64,000 bases of DNA from Candidatus Sericytochromatia bacterium (GCA_040400605.1 JBBAPZ010000015.1:29760-93759); one strand, 5' to 3'. Shown: positions 20,096-31,193, counted from the stretch's first letter. Program-made: numbers and translations. Notes: generated by a model not told the origin, from the sequence alone.

Positions 20096-20974
20096 TCACA
20101 CACGGGGCGTCGCACCACGACCCGCCAGACGCAGCCACAAATCCCGCTCCGCATCACTCAAATACTCAGGCAACTGCACCTGCAACTTAACCAGCAAAGA
20201 CCCCCTGCCCGCGCCCTTCAGATGAGGGACCCCGCGATCCTTGATCCGCAACAAACGCCCCGGCTGACTAAAAGGCGGCACCTTCAGCCTCACCTCACCA
20301 TCCAGCGTGGCAACCGTCACCTCACCGCCAAGCACCGCATCAAAAACCGACACGCCCTGCTCCACAATCAAGTCATCACCCTCCCGCACATAGCGGGGAT
20401 GCGGACGCACCCGCACCTTCACGAACAAATCCCCCGGCCGCCCATCAGGACCCCTACCGCCCTCTTGCGCCACCCGTACTTTGTTACCGGTCGCAACACC
20501 CGCAGGAACCGGCACCTTCAAACGCTTGACACCCCCATCCGGCGCCGTCACCTCGACGTGCACCGTCGTGCCCGAAATTGCCTCAAGCAAACTGATCTCC
20601 GTCTCAACCTCCAACGGCGACGGTGGCTCTTTGCGACGCGCAGCCCCCGCCGCTTGCCCAAAAATGCCCTGCAACAAGTCATCCAAACCACCAAACGGAC
20701 GCTGCGCCCCAAACCCGCCCGCATCAAAACCGCCAAAGCCGGACGACGCCCCGCCACGATGGGGATCGTAACGACCCGCGTCAAAGTCCGCGCGCTTCTG
20801 CGCGTCCCCAAGCACCTCATACGCTTCGGAAATCTGTTTGAAACGCTCCTCAGCGGCTTTATCGCCCGGGTTCGTATCCGGATGGTACTGACGCGCCAAG
20901 CGGCGATACGTCTTTTTAATCTCACTGTCTTTGGCCGTACGCGAGACACCGAGAATCTGATAATAATCCTTCAT
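20096..20974 (-). CDS. DnaJ class B / CbpA-like co-chaperone
   Basis: [13 protein letters not shown] motif, G/F region and DnaJ C-terminal domain; no CxxCxGxG zinc finger. Confidence 0.93.
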   Translation of the reverse strand: MKDYYQILGVSRTAKDSEIKKTYRRLARQYHPDTNPGDKAAEERFKQISEAYEVLGDAQKRADFDAGRYDPHRGGASSGFGGFDAGGFGAQRPFGGLDDLLQGIFGQAAGAARRKEPPSPLEVETEISLLEAISGTTVHVEVTAPDGGVKRLKVPVPAGVATGNKVRVAQEGGRGPDGRPGDLFVKVRVRPHPRYVREGDDLIVEQGVSVFDAVLGGEVTVATLDGEVRLKVPPFSQPGRLLRIKDRGVPHLKGAGRGSLLVKLQVQLPEYLSDAERDLWLRLAGRGATPRV

Positions 20975-21002
20975 GCCCCATCGACTCCCTGGTCTATCCC
21001 CC

Positions 21003-21031
21003 AAAAAAAACCCCGACCAATCTGGCCGGGG
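21003..21031 (-). terminator. Intrinsic terminator after the SRP RNA
   Basis: Minus strand CCCCGGCCA-GAT-TGGTCGGGG followed by T8. Confidence 0.85.
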
Positions 21032-21044
21032 CTAAAAAGCAGTG

Positions 21045-21139
21045 ACCGGACTGACCCGCAACACCCACGAGAATCCGCTTATCGTTGCTCCCTTCCGGGC
21101 CTGGCGAGGTTCACAGCCTCATGCCGCACAGGGTCCGGC
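21045..21139 (-). ncRNA. ffs: Bacterial small signal recognition particle RNA (4.5S)
   Basis: Minus strand GCCGGACCCTGTGCGG...GTGAACCTCGCCAGGCCCGGAAGGGAGCAACG...TCCGGT: helix-8 CAGG..GGAA..AGCA motif, paired ends, about 95 nt, followed by a terminator. Confidence 0.93.
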
Positions 21140-21410
21140 CACCAATTCCCATCATAACACATCCGCTTCAAGCCTTGACGAGCAATCGGTACCAGCTGTC
21201 ATAAAAAGACCAACCCCAAAAAAACCATCATAACGATCGCCAACCACGGGAAGTTCATTGGCAGCGCGCCTCGACCGAGGCGTTCGCCTGGCGCACAGTC
21301 AAACTTTGCAACAATTGTCGATCCGCAGCGGTTGAGTGACGCAGGTTGCCACTGTCACGGCGACCGGGTGCCAATAGCCACAGGAAACCGGAATGGTGTA
21401 GACTGACCTG

Positions 21411-22526
21411 TTGACGTGGCGCTTGGGGAAGATTGCGTTGAAACCTTGGCTTAACTCCATTGTGGCGGGTCTGATTGGCATCGGTATTGGTGTTTCAGTT
21501 GGCCCCAAGTCCGGTGATTTGCTTGCTTCGACGGCCTCACGGCAGCCGTCGCAACCCGCGAGCGTGGCGCGGGCACCAAGCGTGATGCTCGGCAGTGACA
21601 CCATCGCGAACCTGGTGGAGCGGGTGGATGGCTCGGTGGTGAGCATTGATACGATCGCCCGGTCCGAGGTGGATCCGCTTTTCGGCCTTTTTTTTGGAGA
21701 CAGTGTTCCACAAACGCAAGAGCAGCGTGGTGTGGGGTCCGGTTTTATTGTCGATGAATCCGGACTCATCGTGACCAACCACCACGTCATCCGTGAAGCC
21801 AACGAGATCTCCGTTGCGCTGGCGTCGGGACGTCGTTTGCAGGGACGTGTGGTGGGAAGCGACCCAGCCAATGATTTGGCGCTCATCAAGGTCAATGACA
21901 AAAATTTGCCGGCATTGCGTTTCGCGGCAGCCGAGCAGACACGGGTGGGTGACTGGGTCCTGGCCATTGGCTCGCCGCTCGGGTTGTCACACACGGTCTC
22001 GGTGGGCATCGTCAGCGCCTTGAATCGCGGCATCGCCATCAGCGATCGCGTCAATTTCCTGCAAACCGATGCCGCCATCAACCCAGGCAACTCAGGTGGG
22101 CCCCTGCTCAACCTTCGCGGCGACGTCGTGGGCGTCAACACGGCAGTCGCGACTCAAGGACAGGGCATCGGCTTTGCCATCCCCGCCTGGACCGCCCAAA
22201 ACATCGTCAACCAGTTGCGCAGCAAAGGGCGCGTGCAGCGCAGTTGGCTCGGCGTGTCAATCCGGGACTTCGCACAAGACAATCTGACCGGGATTGCCGT
22301 GATGGCCACCGCACCGGGTGGTCCGGCGGAGAAAGGCGGTTTGCGTCCCGGGGATCTCATCATCGCGGTGGATGACCGTCCCGTCAAAAACAGCCGAGAC
22401 CTGCTGAGCACCCTGAACGATCGCGCCGCCGGCATTACGGTTAAACTGACAATCATTCGCCAAGGCGTTCGTGACACCGTCAAGGTCGTCTTGCAAGCAG
22501 CACCAGGCAACTATCCCGAACGCTAG
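21411..22526 (+). CDS. HtrA/DegP-family serine protease (trypsin domain plus one PDZ)
   Basis: N-terminal hydrophobic anchor, GSGFIV, catalytic triad in TNHHV / DLALIK / GNSGGPL, C-terminal PDZ. Confidence 0.96.
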   Translation: MTWRLGKIALKPWLNSIVAGLIGIGIGVSVGPKSGDLLASTASRQPSQPASVARAPSVMLGSDTIANLVERVDGSVVSIDTIARSEVDPLFGLFFGDSVPQTQEQRGVGSGFIVDESGLIVTNHHVIREANEISVALASGRRLQGRVVGSDPANDLALIKVNDKNLPALRFAAAEQTRVGDWVLAIGSPLGLSHTVSVGIVSALNRGIAISDRVNFLQTDAAINPGNSGGPLLNLRGDVVGVNTAVATQGQGIGFAIPAWTAQNIVNQLRSKGRVQRSWLGVSIRDFAQDNLTGIAVMATAPGGPAEKGGLRPGDLIIAVDDRPVKNSRDLLSTLNDRAAGITVKLTIIRQGVRDTVKVVLQAAPGNYPER

Positions 22527-22557
22527 ACGTCACCAGACAGGAGCTTCGTTGGTATCA

Positions 22558-23442
22558 ATGCATTACAAAGGCATCATTTTGGCAGGCGGCTCTGGCACAC
22601 GCCTGCACCCGTTAACCAGGGTTCAGAGCAAACAGTTGCTGCCCGTCTACGATAAACCGATGATTTATTATCCTTTGTCAACCCTGATGCTCTCGGGCAT
22701 TCGGGAGATCTTGATCATCACGACACCGCAAGACCGGCAAGCCTTTGAGAACCTTTTGGGCAACGGGGAGCAGTGGGGCATTCAACTTTCGTACGCCACG
22801 CAGCCGCGCCCGGAGGGACTGGCGCAGGCGTTCTTGATCGGCGAGCACTTTATCGGAAACAACCCGGTCTGCCTGATTTTGGGAGACAACATTTTTTACG
22901 GAGACAATCTGTCGGAACTGCTGCAAGGAGCAACCAGGCGCACGCAAGGCGCGACGGTTTTTGGATACTACGTGCGGGACCCCGAGCGTTACGGGGTTGT
23001 GAGCTTTGATGCGGCGGGCCGAGCGGTGAGCATCGAAGAAAAGCCAAGCAAGCCACGGAGTCACTACGCAGTGACCGGGCTGTATTTTTATGATGCCAAC
23101 GTGGTCGAGGTGGCCCGTGGCATTCGACCCTCTGAACGTGGAGAGCTTGAAATCACGGATGTCAATCGGGCGTATCTTGAAGCGGGCACCTTGCAGGTGG
23201 AGTTATTGAGTCGCGGGTTTGCGTGGCTGGACACCGGAACCATCGACTCGTTGCTGGATGCGGCCAATTTCATTCAGGTCGTGGAGGCGCGCCAGGGCCT
23301 TAAAATCAGTTGCCCTGAAGAAATCGCGTACCGCATGGGCTACATTGATGCAGCCCAACTCGAAGCACTGGCGACACCGCTGGCAAAAAGTGGCTACGGC
23401 GCCTACTTGCGCAACTTGTTGACCATGGAGTCTTGCACGTGA
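22558..23442 (+). CDS. rfbA: Glucose-1-phosphate thymidylyltransferase
   Basis: [31 protein letters not shown] and WLDTGT. Confidence 0.98.
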   Translation: MHYKGIILAGGSGTRLHPLTRVQSKQLLPVYDKPMIYYPLSTLMLSGIREILIITTPQDRQAFENLLGNGEQWGIQLSYATQPRPEGLAQAFLIGEHFIGNNPVCLILGDNIFYGDNLSELLQGATRRTQGATVFGYYVRDPERYGVVSFDAAGRAVSIEEKPSKPRSHYAVTGLYFYDANVVEVARGIRPSERGELEITDVNRAYLEAGTLQVELLSRGFAWLDTGTIDSLLDAANFIQVVEARQGLKISCPEEIAYRMGYIDAAQLEALATPLAKSGYGAYLRNLLTMESCT

Positions 23443-23996
23443 ACATCACGCAAACCAAGCTTCCCGGGGTTTGGCTGTTGCAGCCCCTTGTACACGGGGA
23501 TGAACGCGGCTTTTTCTTGGAGTCGTTCAGGGCCGACCACCTGCGTGCGGCGGGCATTCCCGACACCTTCGCTCAAGCCAACCAGAGCCGTTCCCGTGGC
23601 GGCGTCTTGCGCGGCATGCACTACCAGTTGCGACGGCCGCAAGGGAAGCTGGTCAAAGTGACGCGTGGGACAGTCTATGACGTGGCGGTGGATATCCGGC
23701 GCGGCTCGCCGCATTTTGGGAAATGGTACGGCCATGTGTTGGATGATCGCAAGCACGAGATGCTTTACATTCCGCCGGGCTTCGCCCACGGCTTTTGTGT
23801 CTTGGGTGACGAGGCGGATTTCGTTTATCAATGCACGGATTATTATGACGCGGGTTCGGAATACGGGATTGCGTGGGATGACCCGGATCTTGCGATCGCC
23901 TGGCCGGACCTTCAGGTGCAGTTATCCGCCAAAGACCGTCTGCATCCACGACTCGCGCTGCAAAACCCTGAGCATCTGCCGGAGTTTCGGGCGTGA
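23439..23996 (+). CDS. rfbC: dTDP-4-dehydrorhamnose 3,5-epimerase
   Basis: [29 protein letters not shown] and IPPGFAHGF. Confidence 0.98.
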   Translation: MNITQTKLPGVWLLQPLVHGDERGFFLESFRADHLRAAGIPDTFAQANQSRSRGGVLRGMHYQLRRPQGKLVKVTRGTVYDVAVDIRRGSPHFGKWYGHVLDDRKHEMLYIPPGFAHGFCVLGDEADFVYQCTDYYDAGSEYGIAWDDPDLAIAWPDLQVQLSAKDRLHPRLALQNPEHLPEFRA

Positions 23997-24197
23997 GTGG
24001 GCACGGCACTTGCCCATCACCGCCCCCTTCGTCTCGCTGGCACCGTGCGCCACGGATGACGACGGAGTCGGGTGGGCCACCTGCCGCAGTGCGGCGGATG
24101 GTTGACACGGTGCAACGCGCGGTCCGGTTGGGGTTGGAAACGGCTTTTTGTTTTTCAGCAGCACGGCGTGACACCTGTGCACGAAGGAGGTAGGCAC

Positions 24198-25199
24198 ATG
24201 CGCATTCTGGTCACCGGCGGCGCCGGTTTTATTGGGTCAAATTTCGTCCATCATATGCGGCGTCATCATCCGGAATGTTCGTTGCTGGTGCTGGATGCGC
24301 TGACCTACGCGGGGAACCTGGCCAATTTGCAATCCTTGGCGCACGATCCGGGTTTTGAATTTGTGCACGGTGACATTTTGGATGAAGTGGTGGTTGAAGC
24401 GTGTATGCGCCGGGTGGATGCGGTGGTGCATTTTGCTGCGGAGAGTCATGTTGATCGCTCGCTAAGCGGTCCCCAGGCATTTGTCAAAACAAACGTCGAG
24501 GGAAGCTTGGTGTTGCTGGAAGCGGCGCGCCGGCATGCGATCCGTCGTTTCGTGCAAGTGAGCACGGATGAAGTGTACGGGTCATTGGGGCCAACGGGCC
24601 TGTTCAGTGAGGCGTCACCGCTCGCTGCCAATTCGCCGTATTCGGCATCGAAAGCGTCGGCTGACTTGATGGCGCGGGCGTATCATGAAAGTTTCGGCCT
24701 GCCGGTGCTGATTACACGGTGTTCCAACAATTATGGGCCTTATCAGTTTCCGGAGAAGCTGATCCCGCTGTTTATCACAAACGCGCTGCACGATGAGGGC
24801 CTGCCGGTGTATGGCGATGGTTTGAACGTGCGTGATTGGTTGCATGTAGAGGACCATTGCGACGCGGTGAAGCGGGTGTTGTTTGAGGGACGAGCGGGCG
24901 ACGTTTATAACATCGGGGGACATAACGAGCGGACGAATATCGAAATCACCGAAGCCATTTTGGCGGCGTTGGACAAGCCGCGAACATTGATGCGTTATGT
25001 GGCAGACCGTCCGGGGCATGACAGGCGGTATGCCATTGACGCACAAAAAATTCGCACCGAGCTTGGCTGGCAGCCACAATACACCTTCGAGACCGGTCTG
25101 GCCGCGACGATCACGTGGTACCAACACAATCGGGATTGGTGGTTGCCTCTGCGCACGCAGGCCGTCGAAGTCCAGCGAGCCGCCGCCAACCGGGCCTGA
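24198..25199 (+). CDS. rfbB: dTDP-glucose 4,6-dehydratase
   Basis: GGAGFIGS, AAESHVDRS, STDEVYG, YSASK and NNYGPYQFPEK; ATG 24198 with AGGAGG RBS. Confidence 0.98.
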   Translation: MRILVTGGAGFIGSNFVHHMRRHHPECSLLVLDALTYAGNLANLQSLAHDPGFEFVHGDILDEVVVEACMRRVDAVVHFAAESHVDRSLSGPQAFVKTNVEGSLVLLEAARRHAIRRFVQVSTDEVYGSLGPTGLFSEASPLAANSPYSASKASADLMARAYHESFGLPVLITRCSNNYGPYQFPEKLIPLFITNALHDEGLPVYGDGLNVRDWLHVEDHCDAVKRVLFEGRAGDVYNIGGHNERTNIEITEAILAALDKPRTLMRYVADRPGHDRRYAIDAQKIRTELGWQPQYTFETGLAATITWYQHNRDWWLPLRTQAVEVQRAAANRA

Positions 25200-25461
25200 A
25201 TGACCAGGTTGTTGGTGGCGAAGGCGTCCCCAACAACCTCCAACGGACTGGTTCCAAGACTTGTCGAACCATCATGAAAGCGGATCACACCCCCAGCACG
25301 ACGGTGAACGTGTTTGGCAACTGCTTGGGGCATACGCGGTCAGGGTTGATTTTGTGAGTCAGATTCGTTTTGATGACGAGACGAGGATCAGGTTTCCAGA
25401 ATTTTGCACGCTAAACGGTCGAGCACCCGTGCTGGTGATGATCACAGAAAGATGTTGAACG

Positions 25462-28245
25462 GTGATGTCGCAATTGAAACGCCTGATCCTGATTGATGGC
25501 CACGCGCTGGCTTACCGCGCCCATTTTGCGCTTTTCACCAAGGGGTTTAGCACGAAAGATGGGCAGCCCACCGGGGCCATCTATGGTTTTACCAAGATGT
25601 TGATCGATTGCATCGGGGCGTGGCGTCCGGATTGTTTGGCGGTGGCTTTTGACCGGGCGGCTCCGACGTTCAGGCATGAAGCGTATGATGCGTACAAGGC
25701 GCATCGGGCGCCGATGCCGGATGATCTTCAAAGTCAGATGGAGCCGATTCGAGAGGTGGTGCGTGCCTTTGAGATTCCGATCTTTGAGCTGGATGGTTAC
25801 GAAGCGGATGATGTGATTGGCACGATTTCCAGACAGGCTTTCGAGCAGGGTCTGGAGGTGTTGATTCTGACAGGCGATCGCGATGCGTTTCAACTGGTAA
25901 AAGAGCACGTCAAGGTAGTGATGCCCAGTGCGGGTGTGAGTGACCTCGCGGTGTTCGGCCCTGATGAGGTGTTGCAGAAAATGGGGGTGTCCCCTGACCA
26001 GATCCCGGATCTCAAGGGTCTGATGGGGGACAAGTCCGACAACATCCCCGGGGTGCCGGGCATCGGCGAAAAGGGTGCGGTCAAACTGTTGAGCGAGTAT
26101 GGCACGGTAAAAAACGTTTACGACCAGTTGGATGGCATCAAGGGCAAGCTGGGCGAGCGGTTGCGTGAGGGGGCGGAGCTTGCGCGACTGAGCGTCGAAC
26201 TGGCGACGATTGACCAACACGTGCCGCTCACGGTCGATTGGCGCGCATGCGAACTGAATCGACCGGATGAGCCAAGTGTAAGGGCAGTTTTGACGCGTTT
26301 TGAGTTTAACAGCATTTTGCGTCAGTTGCCGCGGGTGCTGGGGTTGTTTAAAGGTGACGCACCGGAACAAATGGGGTTGTTCGCAGCGAATGACGGGGTT
26401 GAGGCGGGGGATCCACCCCCGGATTCGCCCGCGCGCCCTTTGGCGATCAACCCGATAGTGGTGGATGACCAAGCCACCTTGGACCAATTGGGTCAGGCAT
26501 TGGCGGATGCGGACTGTTTCAGTTTTGATTGTGAGACAGATGGTTTGCAATCGACGCGCTGCAATCTGGTTGGTTTAGCAATCGCCACAGGGGGGCCCAC
26601 GGTTGAAACCTGTCAGACCTTCTACATCCCGGTTGGTCACCTCAGTGGCGTACAACTTCCTTGGGAAGCTTCGTTGGCGGTACTGCAGGGCCCATTTGCG
26701 GATCCTGGCAAAACGCGCCTGGCGCACAATGCCAAGTTCGACCTCAATGTATTGAGCCGGCATGAGCTCAACCGCGTGGGTGTCACCTTTGACACGATGC
26801 TCGCGGATTATCTGGTGCACTCGGGGCGCAGCCACGGGCTCAAGTCGTTGGCCAAGGAGTTGCTCGGGTATGAGATGACGTCCATTGACCACCTGATTGG
26901 CAAAGGCGCCAAGGCCATCACGATGGCGCGCGTGCCCATTGGGCAGGCGGCGCCGTATGCGGCGGCGGATGTCGCGGTAACCGTTGAGCTTTGGCATCAT
27001 CTCAAACCGCAACTGGATGCCCAGAATCAGACGCGGTTGTTTCTGGAACTGGAAACGCCCTTGATTCCTGTGTTGATGGATATGGAGCAGCACGGCGTCA
27101 AACTGGATGTGGACTGTTTGAATCAGTTGAGCGTTCAGATGGGCGATCGCCTGCAAGAACTGGAGACGCGCATTCACGAATTGGCGGAAACGCCCTTTAA
27201 CATCGCATCGACGCGCCAATTAGGACAGGTATTGTTTGAGAAACTGGGTCTGCCGGTGTTGAAGCGGAACAAGAGTGGGCCCAGCACCGATGCGGAAGTG
27301 TTGGAGGAATTGGCGCCGCAGCATGCGATCGTCGCCCTGATTCTGGAATATCGACAACTCGGCAAACTGAAGAGCACGTATGTGGACGCGTTGCCTGCGC
27401 TGGTGGACCCGGTGACGCAGCGGGTACACACCTCGTATCAGCAAACGGTGGCGGCAACGGGGCGTTTGAGTTCGACGGACCCCAACTTGCAAAACATTCC
27501 GATCCGTACGGACTTGGGGCGCGAAATCCGCAAGGCTTTCGTGCCGAGTGTGCCAGGGCGCGTGATCCTCTCCGCGGATTATTCGCAAATCGAGTTGCGC
27601 ATTTTGGCGCACTTCACGGAAGATCCATCGTTTGTCGCTGCCTTTTTGGCGGACGAAGACATTCACGCGGTGACGGCGAGTGAAATTTTCGGTGTACCGC
27701 TCGATGCGGTGACCACCGAGATGCGCAGGCGCGCCAAGACCACCAATTTTGGCGTGATTTACGGACAGACGGATTTTGGGCTGGCAAAAAAATTAATGAT
27801 TTCGCGCGCGGACGCGCGCCAATTCATCACCACATTCAATGCGCGCTATCCGGGCATTCAGGCGTATATGCACGAAAGCATCGTGAAAGCGCGTCAAAAG
27901 GGGTACGCAGAAACCCTGCTGGGGCGCAGGCGCCCCTTGCCGGAGGTCAAGAGCCCGAATCGACAGTTGCGGGAGTTGGGGGAACGGATGGCTATCAACA
28001 CCCCGATCCAGGGCAGTTCGGCTGACATCATCAAAGTGGCGATGATCCGACTTGAAGCGCAGTTAAAAGACCTACCGTGCCAATTGTTGCTGCAGGTGCA
28101 TGACGAATTGGTGTTCGAGGTGGCCACTGAGGCCGTCGAAGAGGTGTCAAGGCGGGTCCGCAACGTCATGGCGCACGCGTACCCCTTGCGTGTGCCACTC
28201 AAAGTTGACATCCACACCGGCGCAACATGGATGGATGCAAAATAA
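25462..28245 (+). CDS. polA: DNA polymerase I
   Basis: 5'-3' exonuclease (YEADD, GDRD, GIGEK); intact 3'-5' exonuclease motifs (DCETDG, HNAKFD, YAAAD); polymerase motifs ADYSQIELR and QVHDEL. Confidence 0.99.
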   Translation: MMSQLKRLILIDGHALAYRAHFALFTKGFSTKDGQPTGAIYGFTKMLIDCIGAWRPDCLAVAFDRAAPTFRHEAYDAYKAHRAPMPDDLQSQMEPIREVVRAFEIPIFELDGYEADDVIGTISRQAFEQGLEVLILTGDRDAFQLVKEHVKVVMPSAGVSDLAVFGPDEVLQKMGVSPDQIPDLKGLMGDKSDNIPGVPGIGEKGAVKLLSEYGTVKNVYDQLDGIKGKLGERLREGAELARLSVELATIDQHVPLTVDWRACELNRPDEPSVRAVLTRFEFNSILRQLPRVLGLFKGDAPEQMGLFAANDGVEAGDPPPDSPARPLAINPIVVDDQATLDQLGQALADADCFSFDCETDGLQSTRCNLVGLAIATGGPTVETCQTFYIPVGHLSGVQLPWEASLAVLQGPFADPGKTRLAHNAKFDLNVLSRHELNRVGVTFDTMLADYLVHSGRSHGLKSLAKELLGYEMTSIDHLIGKGAKAITMARVPIGQAAPYAAADVAVTVELWHHLKPQLDAQNQTRLFLELETPLIPVLMDMEQHGVKLDVDCLNQLSVQMGDRLQELETRIHELAETPFNIASTRQLGQVLFEKLGLPVLKRNKSGPSTDAEVLEELAPQHAIVALILEYRQLGKLKSTYVDALPALVDPVTQRVHTSYQQTVAATGRLSSTDPNLQNIPIRTDLGREIRKAFVPSVPGRVILSADYSQIELRILAHFTEDPSFVAAFLADEDIHAVTASEIFGVPLDAVTTEMRRRAKTTNFGVIYGQTDFGLAKKLMISRADARQFITTFNARYPGIQAYMHESIVKARQKGYAETLLGRRRPLPEVKSPNRQLRELGERMAINTPIQGSSADIIKVAMIRLEAQLKDLPCQLLLQVHDELVFEVATEAVEEVSRRVRNVMAHAYPLRVPLKVDIHTGATWMDAK

Positions 28246-28272
28246 AGGGGCAAGTGTTCGGATGGCAGCCCT

Positions 28273-28299
28273 CAAGTTCGCTCTCAGATCAGCCGATAG
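28273..28299 (+). promoter_or_regulatory. Sigma28-type promoter for flaG-fliS-fliT
   Basis: CAAG-N15-GCCGATAG. Confidence 0.75.
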
Positions 28300-28347
28300 T
28301 ACAAGCAGAATGCGACCCAGGGCGTTGAGTAAAAAAGGGGGCACGCC

Positions 28348-28782
28348 GTGAGCCTATCAAGCACACCCATTGGCCAGGTGACGGAATTACAATCCAAGGC
28401 CAAAATGCTGCAGACCAAGGTAGCGAGTTCCGCTGAGGCCAAGTCTGTACAGACCAATGTGGCGCCTGCGACTGAAACCCGCAAGGAGTCGGGCGTTGCT
28501 GCGGCCAATGACGCATCCAGGTCGTCCAGGAACGACGAACGGGATTCGGAAGAACGCCAGCAGTTGGTTGAACGCGAAGTATCGTTGATGAACGAAGGCC
28601 TCAAACGTGCGGATGATCACCTCAAATTTTCAGTCCACAAAGAGACCGGGCGTGTCATTGTGCGCCTGGTGGATGATGAATCCGGTGAAGTGTTGCGTGA
28701 AATCCCGTCAGAAAAATTCTTGAACATGGTGGTGCATTTGCAGGAGTCACTGTCTGGCGCACAAGTCGATGTGACCTTGTAG
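28348..28782 (+). CDS. flaG: Flagellar protein FlaG
   Basis: LKFSVHKETGRVIVRLVDDESGEVLREIPSEKFL. Confidence 0.93.
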   Translation: MSLSSTPIGQVTELQSKAKMLQTKVASSAEAKSVQTNVAPATETRKESGVAAANDASRSSRNDERDSEERQQLVEREVSLMNEGLKRADDHLKFSVHKETGRVIVRLVDDESGEVLREIPSEKFLNMVVHLQESLSGAQVDVTL

Positions 28783-28807
28783 ATCGCGGATTGGAAGGAG
28801 AGACGTC

Positions 28808-29203
28808 GTGAACAACAACGTATTTCAGTCGTACCAAGAAGCCAATCTGGAGACGGCCAGTCCTGGCCGGCTGTTGCTGATGCTCTATGATGGGGCGATA
28901 CGCTTCTTGGTGCAGGCGCAGCAAAGTATGGAGGAGCGACGCTGGCAAGATGCGCACAACTTCATTTTGAAGGCGGAAGACGTCATCACCGAATTGATGT
29001 CCAGCCTGAAAATGGAGGTGGGAGAAATCTCAAACAATCTGTTCAGCCTATACGAGTATATGAACTGGCGTTTGATTCAGGGCAACATCAAACGTGATGT
29101 CACGATGATTGTCGAGGTGCAGGGATACTTGCGCGACTTGCGCAGCGCCTGGGCCGAAGCAGTCCGCAAAACATCAACCCAATTGCCGCAAACAGCCCAG
29201 TAA
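28808..29203 (+). CDS. fliS: Flagellin export chaperone FliS
   Basis: TASPGRLLLMLYDGAIRF, NLFSLYEY and LRSAW. Confidence 0.97.
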   Translation: MNNNVFQSYQEANLETASPGRLLLMLYDGAIRFLVQAQQSMEERRWQDAHNFILKAEDVITELMSSLKMEVGEISNNLFSLYEYMNWRLIQGNIKRDVTMIVEVQGYLRDLRSAWAEAVRKTSTQLPQTAQ

Positions 29204-29206
29204 ACG

Positions 29207-29587
29207 ATGGCCGGCTTGCGGTCGTTGGAAGATGCCTATCAAGCCCTGCTTGACGTCTGTCTCTCTCAAGAGCAGGCGTTGAAGCGTTTAGACGTGGATG
29301 AATGGCTTGCGTTAATGGCGGCGCGTGACGGGTGCTTCGCGCACGTCGAAGCCTGTCAGGCGGCTTGTCAAGCTGAGTGGCAAGCCGCGGACGAAGCGGG
29401 GCGCGGCGAGGTGCGGCGGTTGATCGCAACGATAATGGCTACGGATGCGCGGATGCAGATGCCGTTGCAGCACGTCTTGGCAGACATGGCCAAAGACCTT
29501 GCCCACATTCAGCGCGGGGGCTCCGCCTTGAGCGCCTATCAGGCAGGCGCGACGCCGGATGCTTTGTTCATGGATCAAAGCGGTTGA
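29207..29587 (+). CDS. FliT-like flagellar chaperone
   Basis: 126-aa helical protein directly after fliS, ending ..AY...FMD; call rests mainly on position and size. Confidence 0.6.
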   Translation: MAGLRSLEDAYQALLDVCLSQEQALKRLDVDEWLALMAARDGCFAHVEACQAACQAEWQAADEAGRGEVRRLIATIMATDARMQMPLQHVLADMAKDLAHIQRGGSALSAYQAGATPDALFMDQSG

Positions 29588-29781
29588 GTGCGTGATTGGC
29601 GGACGGGTAGCAAGGTTGGGAACGAAGCGGGCGATAAAGGGTAATTATAGTCAATTTCCTTTACGCTTCCAGACAGCCTTGCTAAGATAAGACCGGTCAC
29701 CCGTCAGTACGTGGGTGATGTTGAGGTCTTAAACGAAAGCGGGCGTCGGTCGCTTTTCAAGAAAGTTTGGGTGCACAAGGG

Positions 29782-30204
29782 GTGCTGGAACAGATATTTG
29801 GCAACACCGATGTTTACGCGGAAGCGTTGGATGGATTGTCGTTGCGTCAAAAAGCGCTCGCACAGAATGTCGCAAACGTGGATACGCCGGGATACAAGCG
29901 GTTTGACGTGGCATACGAAGGCCAGTTGCGCCGGCGATTCGAGAAAGACGCGGGGGAACAATCGGAAATAGCGGCGGACCTGCGGGTGGGCAATGAGCGG
30001 CACTTTACGCTTGGGCCGCTAGGTGGTGGCGGGGCGTCGATTCAGCGTGTGGATCGGCAAGTGTATCGCAACGACCAGAACAACGTAGACATCGAGCAGG
30101 AAATGGCCCGTCTGGCGGAGACGACGATGCGCTTCAACACGATGGCAACGTTAACCCGTAACAAATTCGATGGTTTGAAGACGTTGATCAGGGAGATCCG
30201 CTAA
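29782..30204 (+). CDS. flgB: Flagellar basal-body rod protein FlgB
   Basis: RQKALAQNVANVDTPGYK and RNDQNNVDIEQEM. Confidence 0.97.
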   Translation: MLEQIFGNTDVYAEALDGLSLRQKALAQNVANVDTPGYKRFDVAYEGQLRRRFEKDAGEQSEIAADLRVGNERHFTLGPLGGGGASIQRVDRQVYRNDQNNVDIEQEMARLAETTMRFNTMATLTRNKFDGLKTLIREIR

Positions 30205-30627
30205 ATGAGCTTCTTTGATGCGCTAGGTGCATCCGCGTCGGCTTTGAGCGCCCAGCGTCTGCGGATGGATGTCATCTCAAACAATTTGGCCAACGCCAAT
30301 AGCACGCGCACGCAAGAAGGTGGTGCGTATCGCCGTCAGATGGTTGTTTTCGAATCGCGCGGCGGGCAACCGCAGGCGATGGATGGTGATGGTCGCGCGG
30401 CGCCGTTGGGGGTAAAAGTGGCGCAGATCATCGAAGATCAATCCCCCTTTCGCATGGTTCATGACCCTGAGCACCCGGATGCCAACGCGGAAGGCTATGT
30501 GGCAATGCCGAATGTGAACACGATTCAGGAAATGACCGATATGATCTCCGCAACCCGGGCATATGAAGCCAACGTCACTGTCATCAATTCGGTGAAAGGC
30601 ATGGCGGCCAAGGCACTCGAAATTTAG
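30205..30627 (+). CDS. flgC: Flagellar basal-body rod protein FlgC
   Basis: AQRLRMDVISNNLANA and DPEHPDAN..GYV.MPNV..EM.DMISATRAYEAN. Confidence 0.98.
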   Translation: MSFFDALGASASALSAQRLRMDVISNNLANANSTRTQEGGAYRRQMVVFESRGGQPQAMDGDGRAAPLGVKVAQIIEDQSPFRMVHDPEHPDANAEGYVAMPNVNTIQEMTDMISATRAYEANVTVINSVKGMAAKALEI

Positions 30628-30638
30628 AGGAGCGATTT

Positions 30639-31154
30639 GTGAATCCATCTGCCGTCAGTGGCTTGACCGGTCTTAAGCTGCCTGTACCCCCTTCGCTTTC
30701 GTCTGGGGCCTTGGGGGCTGGCGCGGGGTCGTTTGGAAGTATGTATGATGCGATGGTTCAGGGTTCTGGGCCACAGGACCCTGAACGGCTGAAGCTGCCG
30801 ACGCGGATGGAGGTTGCGCCGTTGTGGGAGACGCAACCGGGCATGGCGCCGATGCGGGAGCAAGATGCATTGGGGTCGCGGGAGTTTCCGGGTGCTGTTG
30901 CGCCCAGTGCAGGCGCTTCGTCGTCTGAAACGCCGCGTCATTTGTTGACGCCATTTTCCGATGCGCTCAAGCAGGTGAATGCGTTGAGTGCCGATGCGGA
31001 GCGCATGGGTCGTATGGCGGCGGTGGGAGGCGATGTTGATCTTCACGATGTGATGATTGCCTCCGAGAAAGCTTCAGTGGCGATGTCATTAACGCTGCAG
31101 GTACGAAACAAGATGGTGGAAGCGTACCAAGAAGTTATGCGGATGCAGGTCTAG
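30639..31154 (+). CDS. fliE: Flagellar hook-basal body protein FliE, with a long N-terminal extension
   Basis: DLHDVMIASEKA..LQVRNKMVEAYQEVMRMQV. Confidence 0.95.
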   Translation: MNPSAVSGLTGLKLPVPPSLSSGALGAGAGSFGSMYDAMVQGSGPQDPERLKLPTRMEVAPLWETQPGMAPMREQDALGSREFPGAVAPSAGASSSETPRHLLTPFSDALKQVNALSADAERMGRMAAVGGDVDLHDVMIASEKASVAMSLTLQVRNKMVEAYQEVMRMQV

Positions 31155-31193
31155 TGCAGGGGGTTTGAGGGGCGCCGCGAATAGCCGACTACG

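Noticed and set aside
23997..24197. 200-bp GC-rich gap between rfbC and rfbB with short hairpins
   Set aside because: The stems are short and expected at this GC content; no second copy seen, so not called a REP, MITE or riboswitch.
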